Source: a virus
Lineage: Duplodnaviria; Caudoviricetes
Strand: one strand, 5' to 3'
Length of the DNA: 24,845 nucleotides
IMG/VR virus record: IMGVR_UViG_3300020043_003830
Coordinates: 1 to 24,845 of that record
The notes under the pieces are model-generated. The model saw only the letters and a list, made by a program, of their open reading frames with translations, was not told the DNA's origin and searched no databases. Position numbers and translations under genes: made by a program. Shown one piece after another: positions 24,597 through 24,845 of the stretch (positions within the stretch are counted from its first letter, which is position 1; every line of letters starts with the position of its first letter).

Positions 24597-24604
24597 CAAA
24601 TCTA
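24597..24604 (-). promoter_or_regulatory. -7 box TAGATTTG pointing at the terminator
   Basis: CAAATCTA on + strand = TAnnTTTG on the minus strand, ~45 nt upstream of the hairpin. Confidence 0.5.
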
Positions 24605-24647
24605 CATTGTTTTATATCTATCATTCAAACAAACAATTAACAGAATT

Positions 24648-24845
24648 ATGAATTTACGAGAAAAAGTAAACGCTCTATTCGCTAAACACAATGTTAGCCT
24701 ATCAGCCGAAGAGGTTGTTGAGGTGAAACAAATGGTTGAAGCGATTTTAGAGGACGGGACAAGCATCTACACAGACAGCGACACATGGGCGGCTGGTGTT
24801 CGTGTATTCGGCAAAGACGCAGACGGCAACGACGTCGAGTTAATG
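24648..24845 (+). CDS. 3'-truncated capsid scaffolding-like protein
   Basis: MNLREKVNALFAKHNVSLSAEEVVEVKQMVEAILEDGTSIYTDSDTWAAGVRVFGKDADGNDVELM...; acidic with L.DGT motif, follows the prohead protease. An in-frame upstream ATG exists at 24576. Confidence 0.6.
   Translation, partial: MNLREKVNALFAKHNVSLSAEEVVEVKQMVEAILEDGTSIYTDSDTWAAGVRVFGKDADGNDVELM

Noticed and set aside
1-24845. tRNA, CRISPR array, integrase/att site, reverse transcriptase/DGR, intein or intron in terL
   Set aside because: None recognised by eye: no cloverleaf, repeat-spacer array, recombinase or RT motifs, and terL is uninterrupted and of normal length.

Overview
About 24.8 kb of a tailed dsDNA bacteriophage, probably a siphovirus of Bacteroidota/Flavobacteria. 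The host inference rests on repeated TTG-N19-21-TAnnTTTG promoters and A-rich leaders lacking Shine-Dalgarno sites. From left to right: (1) the end of a rightward lysis/accessory cluster (holin-like proteins, metallophosphoesterase, spanin-like coiled coil; 1-2115); (2) a leftward early/replication operon (10317 to 2087) with an SSB/recombination-type protein, DnaA-domain-IV-like HTH, replication-organiser-like protein, a C5 DNA methyltransferase and, unexpectedly, the terminase large subunit; (3) a divergent promoter region (~10320-10410); (4) a rightward arm with VRR-NUC nuclease, sigma-like factor, a ~400-nt structured non-coding region, TerS, tail assembly chaperone with a -1 frameshift, tail/neck genes, tape measure, XkdF-like prohead protease and the start of a scaffold-like gene. 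The most notable items are the two-frame (alpha/beta) methyltransferase, the structured ncRNA with an attenuator-like leader, the displaced TerL, a peptide resembling the ribonucleotide reductase C-terminal tail, and a small antisense RNA candidate. All calls come from motif recognition by eye; no searches were run.
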